This document shows positions 9,933-18,777 of a stretch of 64,000 nucleotides of DNA, piece after piece. A program made the position numbers and the translations under genes. This DNA comes from Phycisphaera mikurensis (lineage in GTDB: Bacteria > Planctomycetota > Phycisphaerae > WQYP01): NCBI GenBank assembly GCA_022730455.1, contig DZDI01000001.1:4829-68828 (forward strand), given 5' to 3'. Within the stretch, counting starts at the first letter, position 1. Each line of letters opens with the position of its first letter. The notes beneath the pieces were generated by a model. The model saw nothing but the letters and a program-made list of their open reading frames with translations. It did no database searches and was not told where the DNA came from.

Positions 9933-12317
9933 CTATCTGCCCGCAATCCGAATGCCGCCAGGGGCAACTGAACTGGTGGACATCGACCATGGGCGGGCAT
10001 CGTTTGCGGAACCCCATGCCTTATTAGGTTGTGGGCCTGCGCGCACATCCCAAACGCCGCCATTGGTAATAGTGGACTCCGACATCCAAGGCTTCGCAAG
10101 CTTCTTACCGTTGATGGCACACGATTGAATGTACACATTTTTACCGCCTGCACCAAGGGCGTTGATAACAAATCGTCGCCCCTTATAGGGCGCACGCGGA
10201 TGAATGATTATTTGCTTGAACCGCGGTGTGGAGATGACAAACTGCGGTCGCCCCGGAAATTCCGGGTAAAAGCCCAGTTGCGTTAACACATACCATGCGG
10301 ACATTTCGCCGCAATCATCATTTCCGCCACCCGCCAGACCGCCGGGAGTATCTGTAAACGCTTTATCCGCCACCTGCGCGACATATTTCTGCGCAAGCCA
10401 AGGGCGGCGCGCGTAGTCAAACTCCCAAGGAGCCTCTAGGTCAGGCTCATTGGCCGGGTCATAGTGATGCTCCATGAAATAGCGTAGACGCCGGGCGAAT
10501 GGTTTGTCTCCGCCCAGCAGCCCAATGAGACCTCGAACATCCTCTGGCACCAGCCACAGGTATTCCCACGCGGAGCCTTCACAATAAAAACTGAAGTCAT
10601 ATTGATCCCGACGTTTCTCGGTCAATTTACGCCAAGCACCCGTCGCCGTCTTTCCTTGCATAAACCCGGTGGCGGGATTGTAGAGCGTGCGGTAACCCAG
10701 CGCCCGCTGCGTAAGGTACGCGGCAAGGTTCGGTCGGTGAAATTCTTTGGCAAACTGTGCCAATGCGGCAAAGGCTATATCGTATTCCTCCGCGGTTGCG
10801 ACATTGGTATTCGCGGCTATCGCGGCACCGTGCTGCTCCCGCCAGACACCCTGGTATGGGCCAGGTGCCTGATTGTGCCAGCGCGAAGGTGTGGCGGAAC
10901 CAGCGTGCCACAGTGGACCCTGTCCTTGTCCCACGCACCAATCAGCCGGATTACGAACGATCGTTTGCCGCAGCATGGCTTTCCACGCGCTCTTGACATC
11001 GAAGTTATGAATGCCGGCGTTCCAGATGCTGATCAGGGCGATAGTCAGCGGATTGCCGTTCATCACACCGGTAGAGACGTTGGCCTCCGGCCAGCGATCA
11101 ATGAATCCCTGCTGTTTATACATTTCCACCAGCGATTGCGCCATGTCGGCGGCGCGCTGCGGTTCCAGAATGGCCAGCAATGGAATCTCGCTGCGGTAGA
11201 TGTCCCAACCCGAAAAATTGGCGTAGATGTGCCTATGACCGGTGGGTACATGATGAATTTTGTGGTCGAAGCCGATGTACTGCCCATCCGCATCATCGAA
11301 TATATTGGGCATGAGCAGGGCGTGATAAAGCGCGGTATAAAAAACTGTGCGATGCGTGAGCGATCCGCCCCGCACCTGAATAACACTTAATGCCCTGTTC
11401 CATTTATTCAACGCCGCATTACGGTAGCTGGAGAATTTCCAGCTCGGCATCTCCGCCCTGAGGTTGTCCAGCGCCCCATTCACGCTCACGTAGGATATGC
11501 CCACGCGTACCTTGATAGCCGTTGGCTTTGATTCCGCCGACCATGACACATACGCCCCGATATTGCCGTGCCTGCGACCTTCCGTGGTCGCAGAGGCATC
11601 ACGCGTAACGGCTTGGTTCCTCCAATATCCGTGCGTTTTGAAGGGGCGGCTGAACTGCATAGCAAAATAAACCGTGATCTTCTTCTTGACTCCGCAGAAG
11701 GCCTGCGATGTGACAAATCCCGCCAACGTCCGGTTGTCGACGATCCGCACCTGGCTGGCATAAGTCGGCGTGTTGGCCAGGCTGATGGGAACCAGGACGT
11801 TTCTCCGGGAACCTGCGGGAAATGTAAACCATACCATGCCGCAGCGTGCGGTTGCTGTAAGCTGGGCATTGATTCCCCACGGTTTCATCAATGCTTCGTA
11901 GTATCCGGGAATGGCCTGTTCATCCCGGTGGCTAATTGTAAAATTCCATTGCCGTTGCTGGATTCGCACCGGCCCGGTCGTGGCTGTAAATAGGACATCG
12001 CCGCTGTTTAGGGCACCCGTGCCGCTCATCATGGTCATCGCGAATCCACGATATACCTTTCGGTTATAATCATAGCCGCCTATGCTCAGTTTGGCCGCAA
12101 TGGGATTAACCGAAGCCATCCCGAACGGGACCACCGCGCCCGGATAAGTGTTGCCGCCGTCAGCCGTTCCAATGAAGGGATTCACCAGCACTGCCGGCCC
12201 GCGACTGGTCGCGGCCCGCAGATTTTGCGCGGGAAATAATAGTCCGGTACCGGCCATCACAATGGTGATGAAGATGTACGAAAAAAAACCAAGGCTTACC
12301 TTGGTGGATCGTTTCAT
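9933..12317 (-). CDS. Glycoside hydrolase family 92 (alpha-1,2-mannosidase-like), secreted
   Basis: Signal peptide then GH92 N-terminal signature VNPFIGTADGGNTYPGAVVPFGMASVNP; about 790 aa, the typical GH92 length; listed ORF to 12359, start chosen at MKRSTKV... (12317). Confidence 0.75.
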   Translation of the reverse strand: MKRSTKVSLGFFSYIFITIVMAGTGLLFPAQNLRAATSRGPAVLVNPFIGTADGGNTYPGAVVPFGMASVNPIAAKLSIGGYDYNRKVYRGFAMTMMSGTGALNSGDVLFTATTGPVRIQQRQWNFTISHRDEQAIPGYYEALMKPWGINAQLTATARCGMVWFTFPAGSRRNVLVPISLANTPTYASQVRIVDNRTLAGFVTSQAFCGVKKKITVYFAMQFSRPFKTHGYWRNQAVTRDASATTEGRRHGNIGAYVSWSAESKPTAIKVRVGISYVSVNGALDNLRAEMPSWKFSSYRNAALNKWNRALSVIQVRGGSLTHRTVFYTALYHALLMPNIFDDADGQYIGFDHKIHHVPTGHRHIYANFSGWDIYRSEIPLLAILEPQRAADMAQSLVEMYKQQGFIDRWPEANVSTGVMNGNPLTIALISIWNAGIHNFDVKSAWKAMLRQTIVRNPADWCVGQGQGPLWHAGSATPSRWHNQAPGPYQGVWREQHGAAIAANTNVATAEEYDIAFAALAQFAKEFHRPNLAAYLTQRALGYRTLYNPATGFMQGKTATGAWRKLTEKRRDQYDFSFYCEGSAWEYLWLVPEDVRGLIGLLGGDKPFARRLRYFMEHHYDPANEPDLEAPWEFDYARRPWLAQKYVAQVADKAFTDTPGGLAGGGNDDCGEMSAWYVLTQLGFYPEFPGRPQFVISTPRFKQIIIHPRAPYKGRRFVINALGAGGKNVYIQSCAINGKKLAKPWMSESTITNGGVWDVRAGPQPNKAWGSANDARPWSMSTSSVAPGGIRIAGR

Positions 12318-12330
12318 GCGGCTTATACCT

Positions 12331-13128
12331 TTAATGCTGTTGACCATACTCTTTCTCAAGGGACGCGTCTATCACCTTTATCCGCCTGGGGCTGAGAACG
12401 CCGTTGTAAATTTGAAGTTCGGCGATCTCGCCGCGAAAGAACTCCGCTGGTGTTGCACCGGGACCGGTGGCGGCTGCACCGATAAACCGCAGTGACCGCG
12501 TAAAGGGATCGTGCCCCAGGCACGTTCCATCCGGCCTACCATTGAGATAGAAGGTTCCGCAGCCGGTGTTGTTCGTTGCTACGGCGACCATCGTGAAAGC
12601 ATTGGCGGAAACGGAAGAATGTGATGTTCCAAACGCCGTTGTTGCAGTCCTAAGCAGAACCTGCTTGTCTTGCCCGTTGGTCATTACCTGCATCCGGTAC
12701 TCCAGACTTCCCGGGCCGCCTGCTACGATGGCCGCTGCCGTCCCGGGCTTGCGTCCGGCCGTATCGATAAAAGCCACCACGGTATAGCCTTGGCCGGGCG
12801 GTAAGCTTTTGGATAGTTTCAAGTACTCCCTTTTTCCGTCAAAACCGACTGCCGAGGAACCATTGGCCGTCGCCTTGGCCACTAGTGTGGGCGCAACCGC
12901 CCCTTTGGGTAGACTGGCGCCCCGGTGATCGCTGGATGCATTTTTCCAAGTGCCGGTTGCTGGATTGTAATTGGCAGCCTTATAGTCGGCTAAAAGCTGG
13001 TGGACGCCATGTACGGGTCGAAGCTTCGCCACTAGCGCTCCTGCGGTTATGGTTGTCACGGCAGTAACCGCGACAACCATAACACTGAGTTGGTTCAACA
13101 ATACGCTGCAATTTTTTGGTGCCGCCAT
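12331..13128 (-). CDS. Secreted LamG/concanavalin-A-like lectin domain protein (paralog of 14396..15235, no PEP-CTERM tail)
   Basis: Signal peptide; shares blocks with the downstream paralog (LLADYKAANYNPATGTW / FYLNGRPDG / EFFRGEIAELQIYNGVLS), typical of LamG-like jelly-roll (xxFxGxIxExxIYNxxLS C-terminal strand). Confidence 0.55.
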   Translation of the reverse strand: MAAPKNCSVLLNQLSVMVVAVTAVTTITAGALVAKLRPVHGVHQLLADYKAANYNPATGTWKNASSDHRGASLPKGAVAPTLVAKATANGSSAVGFDGKREYLKLSKSLPPGQGYTVVAFIDTAGRKPGTAAAIVAGGPGSLEYRMQVMTNGQDKQVLLRTATTAFGTSHSSVSANAFTMVAVATNNTGCGTFYLNGRPDGTCLGHDPFTRSLRFIGAAATGPGATPAEFFRGEIAELQIYNGVLSPRRIKVIDASLEKEYGQQH

Positions 13129-13276
13129 GGTTAACCGCCTTTGCGCTGACACGCTCTTGCGTGGTGCGGAGTCTCGCCGCCTGTTGTTGTGAATACCGCT
13201 AAAAAATATACGCCACCCGTGGCTTACCTATTGCAGGTGAGAAGTTTTACCACCAAGTGCACAGCCAGTGCGTTGG

Positions 13277-14266
13277 TTAACGTGCCAAGAAATAGGTATA
13301 GTAAGCCATACTCCCTGGTGAGGCGCTCCAATAGGCGTCGGGATCAGGAAGAACAGTTTCATTCGCTGTTTTCGGCACCGTGGCCACATGGCCATCAAGG
13401 AACGCGACGTTGATGTCTTTGAAGCCGTTATGCACCGCGTTGCCGATTTGTCCGAACTTGCCGCTTGCATCCGGGATATTAAGATTGGCCGGAAGAGGCC
13501 ATATCGTGGAGCAGAAATCTAAAGTCGACACCCCATCCTCCAGCAGCATTGTTCCCGATGGATCGGTCGCGGTTCCCATCCGCGGGCACTCGAAGGGCAC
13601 AGATGGATTACCCGGGATATTCCCCCAACCGTTGTTATAAGGAAAGTAATTAGGGTTGTCGTAGAACGAAGGCATATCTGCGTCAGTGAGCCCAAATATG
13701 GCTGATGTGGCGTCTCCAACAATACTCATGTTGAAACGGTAGTCGACGTATCCGAAGGCGTCGATTATGAATGGGTCATGCTGTGACATGTAGGTTGGTG
13801 CCCAGACATTCGACGATGGACATATAAACACGGCGGGGCTGGACAGGTAGCCTCGGGTGACAAGCACGCTCTGCCCACGGTTTGTGAACGATGCCCCCCA
13901 AGGCCAACCTACTACGCCCGGAGGATTGTTCGGTTCCTGTGGACTCCCGGCTACCACACCCTGATGGGTACCCCAGAGGTATTGGCCAATGCCGGGAGAA
14001 TTGGGGGTGTTGTATTCAAGTGCGCCAGCCACCGCTGAACCCGGAGCAAACCCCTCGTGCTCGTTGGACCACATGAGCGTGGCCAACGCAATTTGTCTTT
14101 CGTTGCTGGCGCAGGCGATGGTGTGTGCCAACTCCTTCGCCCGCGCCAACGCTGGCAGTAACAAGCCAATCAGCAAAGCGATAATCGCAATCACCACCAG
14201 CAATTCCACGAGGGTAAAACCGTGCAGGGATTTACGAGGTGAAAAGGCAAAGCATTTGGTATACAT
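13277..14266 (-). CDS. DUF1559 protein with prepilin-type N-terminal cleavage/methylation domain (type II secretion pseudopilin-like, Planctomycete-expanded family)
   Basis: N-terminus ...[34 protein letters not shown] (class III signal/pilin-like), C-terminal [12 protein letters not shown] matching the DUF1559 H-Xn-DG tail; listed ORF to 14356, start chosen at MYTKC. Confidence 0.75.
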   Translation of the reverse strand: MYTKCFAFSPRKSLHGFTLVELLVVIAIIALLIGLLLPALARAKELAHTIACASNERQIALATLMWSNEHEGFAPGSAVAGALEYNTPNSPGIGQYLWGTHQGVVAGSPQEPNNPPGVVGWPWGASFTNRGQSVLVTRGYLSSPAVFICPSSNVWAPTYMSQHDPFIIDAFGYVDYRFNMSIVGDATSAIFGLTDADMPSFYDNPNYFPYNNGWGNIPGNPSVPFECPRMGTATDPSGTMLLEDGVSTLDFCSTIWPLPANLNIPDASGKFGQIGNAVHNGFKDINVAFLDGHVATVPKTANETVLPDPDAYWSASPGSMAYYTYFLAR

Positions 14267-14395
14267 AACGTTTCTCCACATCTTGGTCAAAAAGCCCAGC
14301 CAATAGAACAGCTCCCTGTCGCTGCCCCAATGCGGCACCGAAAGCGGCGGAAGCATCCATAAACATCTTGGATGCCCCGCGCCGCCAACATCCCG

Positions 14396-15235
14396 TTACG
14401 TGCTTTGGCGGGTGGCCCGTCTGCGGCTCACAAGCAATAGCCCCAATCCGCCCACCGCCAGCAAGCCCAGTGTCGCCGGTTCCGGCACCGGCGTAACATA
14501 TGAGTTAATAAATGCCTGATCCACCGATTGCACTTGTGTCGAGGTCAAAACACCGGAATAAATTTGCAGCTCCGCTATATTGCCGACAAAAAATTCATTG
14601 GGCGATGCCCCGCTACCCGTATCGCTGGCACCAATAAGATTGATTGGTGAGGTAAAAGCGCTGTTGCCGGTGGTCGTTCCGTCGGCGCTGCCATTCAAAT
14701 AAAACGTGGCCGCACCAAGGTTGTCAGTGGAGACTCCAACCATGCTGAATGCATTTGTCGGTACAGCCGTATTCGAGCTTCCAAAAGCGGTGGTGTCGGT
14801 ATTAAGCAGTACCTGAAAATTATTCCCGCCCGCCGTCTGAATGCGGTATTCCATTGCTCCTGGTGGGCCGCCCACCAACGCATAGTTGCTCCCCGTTGCC
14901 GTTGGCTCGGCGAATGCCAGAACCGTGTACCCACTCCCTTGTGCCAAACCATTGGCGATGGATAGCCATTCACTGCTCGCGCCAAAGTTGACAGCCGACG
15001 AGCCGTTGGGCGTAGCGTCAGCCATAAGCGTCGGCGCGGTAACCCCCGTACCAACGGTGGCAGTATTGCCATTGCCAGAAGAATCAGACCACACGCCTGT
15101 AACAGCGTTGTAGCCGGCTGCCTTATAATCCGCCAGCAATACGGGCGACGCCGACGCAGCGGCCCAGGAAGAAAGTCCTACCGTGGCGATTGTCGCTCCA
15201 ACCAGAATGTGAAGATTCCATTTTATTTTTGTCAT
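14396..15235 (-). CDS. LamG-like lectin domain protein with PEP-CTERM sorting signal
   Basis: Signal peptide, LamG-like core paralogous to 12331..13128, and C-terminal VPEPATLGLLAVGGLGLLLVSRRRA (PEP motif + TM helix + Arg cluster). Confidence 0.7.
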   Translation of the reverse strand: MTKIKWNLHILVGATIATVGLSSWAAASASPVLLADYKAAGYNAVTGVWSDSSGNGNTATVGTGVTAPTLMADATPNGSSAVNFGASSEWLSIANGLAQGSGYTVLAFAEPTATGSNYALVGGPPGAMEYRIQTAGGNNFQVLLNTDTTAFGSSNTAVPTNAFSMVGVSTDNLGAATFYLNGSADGTTTGNSAFTSPINLIGASDTGSGASPNEFFVGNIAELQIYSGVLTSTQVQSVDQAFINSYVTPVPEPATLGLLAVGGLGLLLVSRRRATRQST

Positions 15236-15590
15236 AACCAAAACTCCTACTTTAGTTTTTCCACAATTTGGAAAACCGAAAATGAACCGTCAACTGGACG
15301 GAAACAGATGTGAGCCTCAACTTGAGCCCACACATCTCTCAGCGAAGGACACCGAGGGAATATCCCGGCGCCCGAGGCTACCGAAAACAGTGCTTGTCGC
15401 TTATCACCTCCCTTTCACAATTTCATTGACCGCGCCACGCTGCCATTGCCTCTGTACGAAATTACATGAGACGAACACGCGAAAAGCGGGTGATCGGCAA
15501 CTGCGTGTAAGGCCCAAAATCAACATTTGTACAAGAGCCGATAGGCTCGATCTGGGATGGAGTGTAACACATGATTGATGCCGTGTCAAG

Positions 15591-15638
15591 GTAATTACAA
15601 AAAATCTTCAAAATTTCACATTTATAAAATGTAATTAC
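15591..15638. promoter_or_regulatory. AT-rich operator-like island: two copies of the palindrome (T)GTAATTAC(A) flanking the palindrome ACATTTATAAAATGT; candidate LacI-family operator(s)
   Basis: Seen directly: GTAATTACA at 15591-15599, ACATTTATAAAATGT at 15617-15631, TGTAATTAC at 15630-15638, in the divergent intergenic region between the PEP-CTERM/LamG operon (-) and the LacI gene (+); local AT content far above genome background. Confidence 0.4.
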
Positions 15639-15817
15639 TTAAATGCTTTTGCGTCGGGGGCGCTCGGTGTGCCTGGCAATTGAAAAATCACGGGGCATCC
15701 GCTCCATGACGCTGGCGACATTTGATCTCCTACCCGCTATTATCACAACGATGTATGGAGTCGTCGTGGAGAAATGTGGTGCCGCGCACCCCGGTCGTTA
15801 GTACAAAACCTGCCTCC

Positions 15818-16837
15818 ATGTTGGACGTGGCCAAGCGAGCTTCAGTTTCTGTGGCCACCGTCTGCCGGGTCCTTAATGGAACATCTTCGTCTGCGAAGGT
15901 GGACCAGCGGGTTCGCAGGGCGGTAAAAGAACTGGATTACAGGCATGTGGGACGCAGCAGGTCGCGTAAGGGGCAACCCGCCAGCCAGATGCCCTCCATC
16001 GCCGTCATGGTGTGGGGTAACTATGAATTCTATCCTGATGTCGGAATGGGCCGCATTTTACGCGGTGCCCTTCCGATCTTGGAACAGTCTGGGTACCAGG
16101 CGGTCGTGTGGCCCGCTAAGAACTGGGACGAGGTCATTGCAGATTATAAAAAAAGACGTATCTCCGGCGCAATTTTCTGGAACGCCGTTCCTTTGGAAAA
16201 AAACGTTGCGGAAAGACTTGCCGCAGAACTGGGTGAATTCCGTGCTGTGTGGGTGCTGACGCGCCTGGATGCAGCGGAGTTGCCGTGGGATCAGGTTCTC
16301 CCCGACGATGACCGCGTCGGCGTTCTGGCTGCGGGCTACCTGCTGCGGCATGGACACCGACGCGTTGGTTATGTGAATTGTGAAAATAGTAATCAAGAAT
16401 ACAATGACCGCGCAGTGGGCTTTACCCGTACCATCGTGGGCTCCGGTGGCCATGTTTCTTCCATCATCGATGGGCCGGAAGGAGGTCTGTTGGACCAGTC
16501 GTTATACCGCGAACGTTGGCAGAAGATTGTCAGCCGATTCATCGCGATGTCGCCGAGACCAACGGCCTTGTTTGTCCCCAACGATTACCACGCCATGATG
16601 CTGTATCAGGAATTGGTACGCTGTGGAATCGTTCCCAACCGGGATGTGACGTTGGTGTCGGCGAATAATGATTCGCATTATCTGGATATCCTTCCCCAGC
16701 GAATTGCAACCGTCGACGTCCGTTATGAAGTCATTGGGCACCTTGCTGCAGAGTGGCTGGTTCGCCGGTTGGGCGGAACTCAGACTCTGCCCCGAATTGT
16801 CAGCCTCGTCGATCCGGTCCTTGTGGCGAAGGAATAG
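15818..16837 (+). CDS. LacI-family transcriptional regulator
   Basis: N-terminal HTH MLDVAKRASVSVATVCRVLNG (LacI-type), followed by periplasmic-binding-protein-like sugar-binding fold; listed ORF opens with TTG at 15722, canonical ATG start at 15818. Confidence 0.75.
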   Translation: MLDVAKRASVSVATVCRVLNGTSSSAKVDQRVRRAVKELDYRHVGRSRSRKGQPASQMPSIAVMVWGNYEFYPDVGMGRILRGALPILEQSGYQAVVWPAKNWDEVIADYKKRRISGAIFWNAVPLEKNVAERLAAELGEFRAVWVLTRLDAAELPWDQVLPDDDRVGVLAAGYLLRHGHRRVGYVNCENSNQEYNDRAVGFTRTIVGSGGHVSSIIDGPEGGLLDQSLYRERWQKIVSRFIAMSPRPTALFVPNDYHAMMLYQELVRCGIVPNRDVTLVSANNDSHYLDILPQRIATVDVRYEVIGHLAAEWLVRRLGGTQTLPRIVSLVDPVLVAKE

Positions 16838-16902
16838 GAAATTGGCCGTAATCTAATAACGTGTTCTGCTTCCGTGGGAAATAGAGAAACGGCTTTACGG
16901 CG

Positions 16903-17841
16903 TTAGGTACGATGTGGCGCCGGGGGCTGCGCTGATTCATTTTTAGGACGGGTTTTCCAGCGGCGGTGAATCCACAGATATTGGCTCGGATCCTGCCTCA
17001 CAAATGCCTCAATCGCAGCCGTATAGCGCTCTGTAATATAGCGCAATTCGTCCGATTCGTTGGCCCAATCTTCCGGGTAAATGATGTCACTCACGCCGAC
17101 ATCAAATTCAAACCGATCACCCTTCCGCCGGGCATAACCAATAATGACGGGTATTTGATATTCAATCGCCAGCAGGCCGATGCTTTTATAGGTGCTTGCC
17201 AAACGACCGAAAAATGGCACAAAAAGCCCTTTCGGTCCGGCATTTTGATCGGCAATCAGCCCCAATACTCCCCCATTTTTAAGCACATCCTGTGCTGTGG
17301 TGGTCACACCGCGTTTGGATAAAATCACCTGCCCTTTCCGCTGCCGAACTCCCAATAACCACGCATCAATGTGCGGATTATCAATCGGTCGGGCCACGCT
17401 GTAAGTCTTAAACCCCAGCGTTGCCATAGTGTAGCCGAGAATTTCCCAATTACCGTAATGGCCGGTAAGCATGATCGCCCCGCGGTCACGCATGGCCAGT
17501 TCCAGCACATCACGCACGCTTGGCTCCAGATGTACATAGCGATGCCACCGCTGCAGATTTATCGTTCGAGTGGAAAACAGTACGTCGATGACCAGTTCAA
17601 AAAAATGCTCGATGGATTGCCGGGCGATGATGCGTAATTTGGCCGGCGGAATATCCGGGAAAGATCGGGTGAGATTCTCCATGGCCCGATCGCGATGCTT
17701 GCGGCTAATGAGCCACCAACCCGCGCCGGCGGCGCGAGCCGTTCTCAAATTGGCATTGACGGGGAAGAGTCCCAGCAGCATGGAAATGCTGCGGGCCAGT
17801 ACCGCTACCAGATAGTCTAAAAGGGGATGTTTCTTCTTCAT
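16903..17841 (-). CDS. lpxL: Lipid A biosynthesis (Kdo2-lipid IVA) late acyltransferase, LpxL/LpxM (HtrB/MsbB) family
   Basis: N-terminal membrane anchor, then LPLAT-type catalytic HX4E motif in LTGHYGNWEILG and the conserved central/C-terminal blocks of lauroyl/myristoyl acyltransferases. Confidence 0.6.
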   Translation of the reverse strand: MKKKHPLLDYLVAVLARSISMLLGLFPVNANLRTARAAGAGWWLISRKHRDRAMENLTRSFPDIPPAKLRIIARQSIEHFFELVIDVLFSTRTINLQRWHRYVHLEPSVRDVLELAMRDRGAIMLTGHYGNWEILGYTMATLGFKTYSVARPIDNPHIDAWLLGVRQRKGQVILSKRGVTTTAQDVLKNGGVLGLIADQNAGPKGLFVPFFGRLASTYKSIGLLAIEYQIPVIIGYARRKGDRFEFDVGVSDIIYPEDWANESDELRYITERYTAAIEAFVRQDPSQYLWIHRRWKTRPKNESAQPPAPHRT

Positions 17842-17931
17842 TCACCAAGCCAAAATATCGACTTCATATGTTATCCGGCAAGCCGTTACATGGCCATTGC
17901 CGTCGCTTGCATAAACCTTTAACTAGACCCA

Positions 17932-17969
17932 TTGACATTGGCACCCCAAATACCTAACATATACCTAAC
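17932..17969 (+). promoter_or_regulatory. sigma-70-like promoter of the imuA-imuB-dnaE2 cassette with overlapping tandem direct repeat ACCTAAC-N4-ACCTAAC (TAAC-N7-TAAC)
   Basis: TTGACA (17932-17937), 17-nt spacer, TAACAT (17955-17960); repeats ACCTAAC at 17952-17958 and 17963-17969; SD GGGAGG 17979-17984 precedes ATG 17992. Confidence 0.45.
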
Positions 17970-17991
17970 TTTTAAGTCGGGAGGCAGCCGT

Positions 17992-18777
17992 ATGAATCAC
18001 CCACTTCAATCGCTGATGGCGGACTTAAATCTGCGTCGTGCCGACGATATACACACGGAACGATCCACATCAGCCGCAACCATCCATGCGGCCGACCCCT
18101 TGGTTTGGATTGCGGGTGGCGGAGTTCATGAATTTTTCAGTCCGGATGCCCCAAGCACTCCAGATGCTTCAGTCGCACGGTCAGTCGGCTGGGACCCGCC
18201 GCTCACTTTTTTGGCGGCTCTGGCTTCCAAAACAGCCGCTGGCAGATATGTGCTGTGGGTTGGCCGCCGCTGTTGGCCCGCATGGTATTTCTGGCAGGCT
18301 GTCGGATGGGGCGATGATCATAATAATCTTTCCTGCACGGCAAAGAGTATTTATTTTGATCCGCTTTCTCAAGAGCAGTGGCTGGATGGAATCATACAAG
18401 CCGCCCGTTGTCCCGCTGTGGGTTTAATTGTGGCTTCTACCACTGATGACATCTCGTTAGCGGTGGGGCGGCGACTGCAACTTGCCGCCGAAGTGAGGCG
18501 GGCATGTATTTGTTTGGCCCGTCCGATGCGTCAATCCACTGCGCATTGCTGGGCGGTCGCCCGCTGGCATATTCGACCGCAACCGTCGGCCAGCGGCCAA
18601 CCACAGTGGAATATCCAACTGGCGACGGCGAAAACAAACGCTCGGTCAATCAATCAATGGACTGCATCATGGAATTATGAGGTGGCGCATGGAGCGGGTT
18701 ATATGCGTATATCTCCCGCAATGGGAGATCGAACTTGTGCGGCGCCAGACGCGTACAGCCCGGCGCAAGCCGGGTAA
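17992..18777 (+). CDS. imuA: ImuA-like protein (SulA/RecA-fold accessory of the ImuB-DnaE2 translesion cassette)
   Basis: Position immediately upstream of and overlapping imuB-dnaE2; size about 260 aa; start chosen at ATG 17992 with strong GGGAGG SD (listed ORF from 17932); weak sequence-level resemblance only. Confidence 0.5.
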   Translation: MNHPLQSLMADLNLRRADDIHTERSTSAATIHAADPLVWIAGGGVHEFFSPDAPSTPDASVARSVGWDPPLTFLAALASKTAAGRYVLWVGRRCWPAWYFWQAVGWGDDHNNLSCTAKSIYFDPLSQEQWLDGIIQAARCPAVGLIVASTTDDISLAVGRRLQLAAEVRRACICLARPMRQSTAHCWAVARWHIRPQPSASGQPQWNIQLATAKTNARSINQWTASWNYEVAHGAGYMRISPAMGDRTCAAPDAYSPAQAG

